Shown here in pieces: positions 15,640 to 19,718 of a DNA stretch of 19,718 nt (the stretch's first letter is position 1; every line of letters starts with the position of its first letter). Location: the NCBI GenBank assembly GCA_048881705.1, contig JBHLSH010000073.1, positions 1-19,718 of the forward strand, given 5' to 3'. The stretch comes from Candidatus Heimdallarchaeota archaeon. Lineage in GTDB: Archaea > Asgardarchaeota > Heimdallarchaeia > Hodarchaeales > Hodarchaeaceae. The notes below the pieces were generated by a model that saw nothing but the letters and a program-made list of their open reading frames with translations, made no database searches and was not told where the DNA came from. The translations under genes and the position numbers were made by a program.

Positions 15640-16602
15640 TTGACTCCTGCTGATATTGCGGGGCTCACAATAGCTGGAGTGGATGGCGGATATGTTTCAC
15701 GAAGGTTCATTGGGTTTGACATCTTTCTTTTCAGAGCGGTTGCTGTTTTTTCTAGCTATACTCCCACGGGTATCCAAAAAACTACCTATTACCCCGCCAA
15801 AACCCCGCCATTTGAAACTGCGGTCTCGGAAGTGGGATTATCTGTCATTGACGCTGAACAATACGGAACAATAAGACGAGCAATTACAGAGATTCAAGTT
15901 GCCCTTCAAGTTCTGGAGGTAAGCCCAAAAAAGGTAGATATCCTCCTTTTAGATGGAAGCCCAGTCATAAAAAAACCTTTAACAGGAAATCAGAAAATCT
16001 TACGTTACTATCAAACCTATCTAAATCATCTCGCTAGGCTTGTATCCCAAACAAGAGAAGATCGGATTCGATTGGCCTGGATTGTGAAGGACAGTCGGTT
16101 AAATCTTCTCACCAAATTTCTTGGACGAATTCTCCCCTTCTTAAGTGAGGAGATACCCGAGATGCTGGCAATTGATTATCGCAGCATAATTAACAGAAGT
16201 AGAGATATGGATTTATTTTTCTATTTATTAGAACCAAATGCACGGAGTCTGGTATATCACTACCCCTTCCAATTACCTATTGATTCGGGCCTGGATTTAG
16301 CACTCTATGTTTATTACCTGAAAACGGCACCATACGACATTCCGCTTAGGATTGAGTTATTCCAATCCATCCCTCTGAAATCCCTAGCCAATGTAAATGA
16401 AGTGAATATTCTCTCTGAGGCGATCTTGCCTATTTCTCAATACAATCGGGAATATGGGATTCCTGCACCCATAGTTGAGGCCGATGCACGGGCAAGAATA
16501 AAAGAAACCGAAGTCGATGCTCTGTTTCGGTCGATCCACAAAAAACATCCCACGCCAGATTTGTGGTTCCCTCGTCGAGAAAGAACTCCTTGGAGATTTT
16601 AA
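15640..16602 (+). CDS. nurA: NurA-family 5'-3' nuclease (RNase H-like fold); the real start probably lies upstream
   Basis: Acidic motifs IAGVDGG, LLLDGS, IVKDSR and C-terminal YGIPAPIVEAD; immediately upstream of herA. The reading frame is open from 15427. Confidence 0.85.
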   Translation: MTPADIAGLTIAGVDGGYVSRRFIGFDIFLFRAVAVFSSYTPTGIQKTTYYPAKTPPFETAVSEVGLSVIDAEQYGTIRRAITEIQVALQVLEVSPKKVDILLLDGSPVIKKPLTGNQKILRYYQTYLNHLARLVSQTREDRIRLAWIVKDSRLNLLTKFLGRILPFLSEEIPEMLAIDYRSIINRSRDMDLFFYLLEPNARSLVYHYPFQLPIDSGLDLALYVYYLKTAPYDIPLRIELFQSIPLKSLANVNEVNILSEAILPISQYNREYGIPAPIVEADARARIKETEVDALFRSIHKKHPTPDLWFPRRERTPWRF

Positions 16603-16636
16603 CCTTGAAATTATTCGATAATGAGGCTGAATACAT

Positions 16637-18112
16637 ATGACCCTACTTGGAACGGTAATCTCAACGAAAGACTCTCCTAACCTGGATAAAATTGAGTTCA
16701 TTATTAATGAAAATAATGTCCAGCCATATGCAGAACGAGGACAGTTTGTTACTCTTCGTAAAGGCCAAAATCTGGAAATCCTAGGCCAAATTACTGGAAT
16801 CAAGAAATATAATGCGTATTACGCGAACTTCGACTTTAATATCCAAGAACTAGCCTCTCGGGAATTCGATGCTATCTTTCCAACGAATGAATGGGAAAGT
16901 ACGGTTGCTGAACTAAAACCATTGGGTGAACTAAATAAGAACAGTGGAAAAATTAGGCGGCTCAAATTTCCTGTGTCTCCTGGTTCGAAAGTATATACGG
17001 CAGATCCAGCCATAATTTCGATGTTCCTTGGATTTGATGATAATGGCCTTTTTTGGGGGGAAATCCCGGCAAATAATGTAAAAGTACAACCCAATCTTTC
17101 GCGTTTGTTAAGAAAGCATCTTGCAATCCTCGCTATTTCAGGGGCGGGAAAATCTTACGCCACAACGGTTTTGCTCGAAGAGCTCTATCACTATGGAAAG
17201 ATGGGAGTTCTCGTCGTTGATCCACATGGTGAATATACCGCTGTCCTTCCTGAAATGGATGGAAGTGAACGAATGCCTGAAGTTATTAAAGGTTCATTTA
17301 TTTCAATTGGCGTTCCCGAACTTTCAGCATGGGATATTTCCGAATTCATACCCGATATGACTGTAGTTCAGACTCGTGTATTAGACAGCCTGATTGCGGA
17401 ATTGCGAAAACAAAAAGCTCTTTATGGTCTGCAAGACCTCATCCGTGTTACTGAGCAGTCTGAAACTATCAATACTCGCACCAAGGATGCATTAATCGGG
17501 TGGCTGCATTCTTTAGATCGAACATACCTATTTTCGGTACAAACCAACCCCATCATGGATCAAATGATTAGGCCAGGAAAGATAACGATTCTCGATTTAT
17601 CGGAGATTCGAAATCTTCGGAGTAGGTCCATCATTGTCCTACACTTTCTGAAAGGATTGTACTATCAGCGTATTCGGAATAAAATCCCGCCATCGGTGTT
17701 TGTGATTGAAGAAGCGCATCAATTCTGTCCCCAAAACCAAAGATCTGTCTCAAAACGGATTATCGAGACCATCGCTCGTGAGGGACGAAAATTCTATGTT
17801 TCGCTTTGTCTTATTTCCCAACGACCAGTGAATTTATCGGTAACGGCACTCTCCCAATGTAATTCGAATCTGATACTTCGAATCAGAAATCCATACGATC
17901 TCGATTTCATTGGTCGGACTTCTGAAGGAATCGATAGAGCGGCATTGAAGGTACTCCCCGATTTAGAAATTGGTGAAGCCTTATTGGTAGGTGAAGGAGT
18001 CAATTATCCTGTATTTTTCCGTGTGAGAGCCAGACGACTTCGAGCTAATAATTCTAATTCCGATTTAGAATCGGTTGCTGAAAGCTGGTCTAGCAATAAT
18101 TCAGAGAAGTAA
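16637..18112 (+). CDS. herA: HerA-family (FtsK/HerA) ATPase/helicase
   Basis: N-terminal HAS-barrel-like region; HLAILAISGAGKS (Walker A), VVDPHGEY, VIEEAHQF (Walker B), IAREGRKF (arginine finger), LISQRP. Confidence 0.93.
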   Translation: MTLLGTVISTKDSPNLDKIEFIINENNVQPYAERGQFVTLRKGQNLEILGQITGIKKYNAYYANFDFNIQELASREFDAIFPTNEWESTVAELKPLGELNKNSGKIRRLKFPVSPGSKVYTADPAIISMFLGFDDNGLFWGEIPANNVKVQPNLSRLLRKHLAILAISGAGKSYATTVLLEELYHYGKMGVLVVDPHGEYTAVLPEMDGSERMPEVIKGSFISIGVPELSAWDISEFIPDMTVVQTRVLDSLIAELRKQKALYGLQDLIRVTEQSETINTRTKDALIGWLHSLDRTYLFSVQTNPIMDQMIRPGKITILDLSEIRNLRSRSIIVLHFLKGLYYQRIRNKIPPSVFVIEEAHQFCPQNQRSVSKRIIETIAREGRKFYVSLCLISQRPVNLSVTALSQCNSNLILRIRNPYDLDFIGRTSEGIDRAALKVLPDLEIGEALLVGEGVNYPVFFRVRARRLRANNSNSDLESVAESWSSNNSEK

Positions 18113-18397
18113 CCTCGAGGTTTACGGTAAGAAAACTACTTCCCAGTTTTTATAGTCGTTTATTAGCTCTTCTCATATCTATCCAAGCTGATTGTGCAAG
18201 TAAATCGGTTCTTCAGTTATCACTAGACAGTAATAGGCTTTTGCCATCTAATCTTTTATCGGGAGAAACTAGAAAAGAAGAATATAAAATTCAATCATTA
18301 AATAGGATTTCTGATGTCAATATGCTACCCGGATTCCTGTGTCTACAGGCCATGGAAACGTTTTACATTTGGACTTACAATGGAGTAGAATTCAGCT

Positions 18398-18535
18398 ATG
18401 GCTCTGATTAACTTTTCATATGCATCGTTTATTGCTACGATCTTTGCACTCTTATCCCTTGCGTTAATAGTGTTGTATTTATTATTCTACAACGAGGAGG
18501 AGGAGGAAGAGCTGGATGAAATTACAGAAACTTAG
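18398..18535 (+). CDS. Unannotated 45-aa single-TM microprotein with an acidic tail
   Basis: MALINFSYASFIATIFALLSLALIVLYLLFYNEEEEEELDEITET*. GGAG lies upstream. The ORF fills the gap before the convergent tpiA stop and is below the ORF-track size cutoff. Confidence 0.62.
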   Translation: MALINFSYASFIATIFALLSLALIVLYLLFYNEEEEEELDEITET

Positions 18536-18553
18536 CCCTTTCATTGATCGGTT

Positions 18554-19237
18554 TTATTGCAGTAGCGTTTGAGCCATTTTAGACAACAGTGCATGAGGAT
18601 CTTTCGCTTTTACATATGCAGAAGCGAGGAGGACCCCTCGTGTCCCCAATTCAAGCGCTTTTTTCACATCTTCTGCATTAGATATGCCCGCTCCACAAAG
18701 AGGGGTTACCTGGGGATTCTCGAGTAGAATCCGTTTGACATTATTTTTCACTATCTCGGGTTGAGCGGCTGAGACTGAAACTCCGGTGCCAATAAGTTCT
18801 GGTGGTTCGAAGGCTATTGCATCGGGATTTAATTTAGCAGATGCAGCGCTCACTGCTTCATTGTTTGTACACACAACTGTGTATAGCCTATATGATCGTA
18901 AATCGCGAATCACGCCTTCAATATCAGCCAGGTGCATTTTATTCTCAGAATGATTAATAAGAGATCCGGAAGCGCCCGAGACATTGATCATCTCTGTAGA
19001 AATTTTCCCCGTGTGACTCCCCGTAGAGACATTGTCTACTGTCTGTGAAAAAACAGGGATTTCGAGCTGCTCAGCAAATTGAGTTAAATGGGTTATTGGA
19101 GGGCAGACCACAATCATTGCACCAGATTCTTGCGCCACACTCTCTGCAATCTTCGCTAGCTCGAGGCCTTGTTTACCCAAAGCTTTGGGATAGATTTTCA
19201 GGTTTAAAACAATAAGAGGGACTTTAATTTCCTTCAT
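18554..19237 (-). CDS. tpiA: Triosephosphate isomerase (short archaeal type)
   Basis: NLK, SLINHSE, AFEPPELIGTG, LCGAGIS, GVLLASAYVKA. An alternative TTG start lies at 19249. Confidence 0.96.
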   Translation of the reverse strand: MKEIKVPLIVLNLKIYPKALGKQGLELAKIAESVAQESGAMIVVCPPITHLTQFAEQLEIPVFSQTVDNVSTGSHTGKISTEMINVSGASGSLINHSENKMHLADIEGVIRDLRSYRLYTVVCTNNEAVSAASAKLNPDAIAFEPPELIGTGVSVSAAQPEIVKNNVKRILLENPQVTPLCGAGISNAEDVKKALELGTRGVLLASAYVKAKDPHALLSKMAQTLLQ

Positions 19238-19413
19238 TTCGCTAATCAAACCCGGAAATCAAGGGATAGCCTTATCAAATTCAAGATTCTTGTTCTATGT
19301 TTACTCCGTTTCCCTTAGAATAAAGAGATTTCGGGGGTCAGAACTTTTTAATCATGCTACAAAGACCGATTGCCTGTGTCTTATTATCCAAATAAAAGGA
19401 GGAGCTCTTGTTA

Positions 19414-19718
19414 ATGAGCCGTCGTTCGCGTTCACGTTCTCGTATAATCGATAAATGGTCTGCGAAGGATATTTACCAGGTTTACACTCCTCCTGGCTTT
19501 CTTGAAGGGGAGGAGAGGCTAATTGGAGAAACAGTAGCTGATGATCCGCAAAAAATGATTGGCCGTGTGATTGAAGTCTCTCTGGGGGACGATTTAATCA
19601 ATGATTATACGAAGAGACACGTAAAACTTCAATTTCAGATCACTGATGTGACGGGAAACAAAGCACAAACTCGTTTTAAAGGACATTCGTTTGCACGAGA
19701 TCATCTACGTTTTCTTGT
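19414..19718 (+). CDS. rps3ae: 30S ribosomal protein eS1 (S3ae), truncated by the window end
   Basis: Not in the ORF track. Translates as MSRRSRSRSRIIDKWSAKDIYQVYTPP...IGETVADDPQKMIGRVIEVSL...HVKLQFQITDV...AQTRFKGHSFARD. SD AGGAGGAG at about 19397-19404. Confidence 0.95.
   Translation, partial: MSRRSRSRSRIIDKWSAKDIYQVYTPPGFLEGEERLIGETVADDPQKMIGRVIEVSLGDDLINDYTKRHVKLQFQITDVTGNKAQTRFKGHSFARDHLRFL

Noticed and set aside
235-17360. Many short antisense or alternate-frame ORFs in the track (e.g. 235..423, 3270..3494, 5530..5811, 9745..10050, 13025..13384, 14365..14682, 16384..16803, 16819..17094)
   Set aside because: They lie inside well-supported genes and show no motifs; they are expected shadow ORFs.
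18100-18411. 104-codon stop-free plus-strand frame after herA
   Set aside because: No start codon until TTG 18241, no SD, no recognisable motif, and not in frame with herA; probably chance.
1-19718. CRISPR array, rRNA gene or IS element
   Set aside because: No regularly spaced repeats, rRNA-length conserved tracts or terminal inverted repeats with a transposase. The short rRNA-like 12-mers at 8142-8192 are explained as sRNA guides.

Overview
Archaeal chromosome segment, most likely Asgard/Heimdallarchaeia-like. This is inferred from a ribophorin I homolog and archaeal-type ribosomal genes. The backbone is a fragmented, rearranged spc-type ribosomal cluster on the minus strand: eL32-eL19-uL18-uS5-uL30-uL15-tRNA-Val, then secY, then uS8-uL6-tRNA(CAT)-tRNA-Asn. 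The 6.8 kb between uL15 and secY holds a ribophorin I (Ost1/RPN1) homolog head-to-head with secY/Sec61alpha, a ferredoxin, a two-intron tRNA-Gln, Trm112, a dual-guide box C/D sRNA aimed at the 23S peptidyl-transferase region, a DAD1/Ost2-like 3-TM protein, an arginine-synthetase/cDPGS-family enzyme, a 4-TM protein and a nucleotide-sugar epimerase. The right end carries nurA-herA, an unannotated 45-aa membrane microprotein, tpiA and the start of eS1 (S3ae). The strongest signals are (i) a candidate Sec-translocon/oligosaccharyltransferase accessory-subunit neighbourhood, (ii) the C/D guide RNA sitting in the trm112 leader, and (iii) a tRNA whose D-loop intron looks like a duplicate of its own anticodon arm. 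All homology calls are by-eye comparisons with remembered family motifs; no database searches were run.
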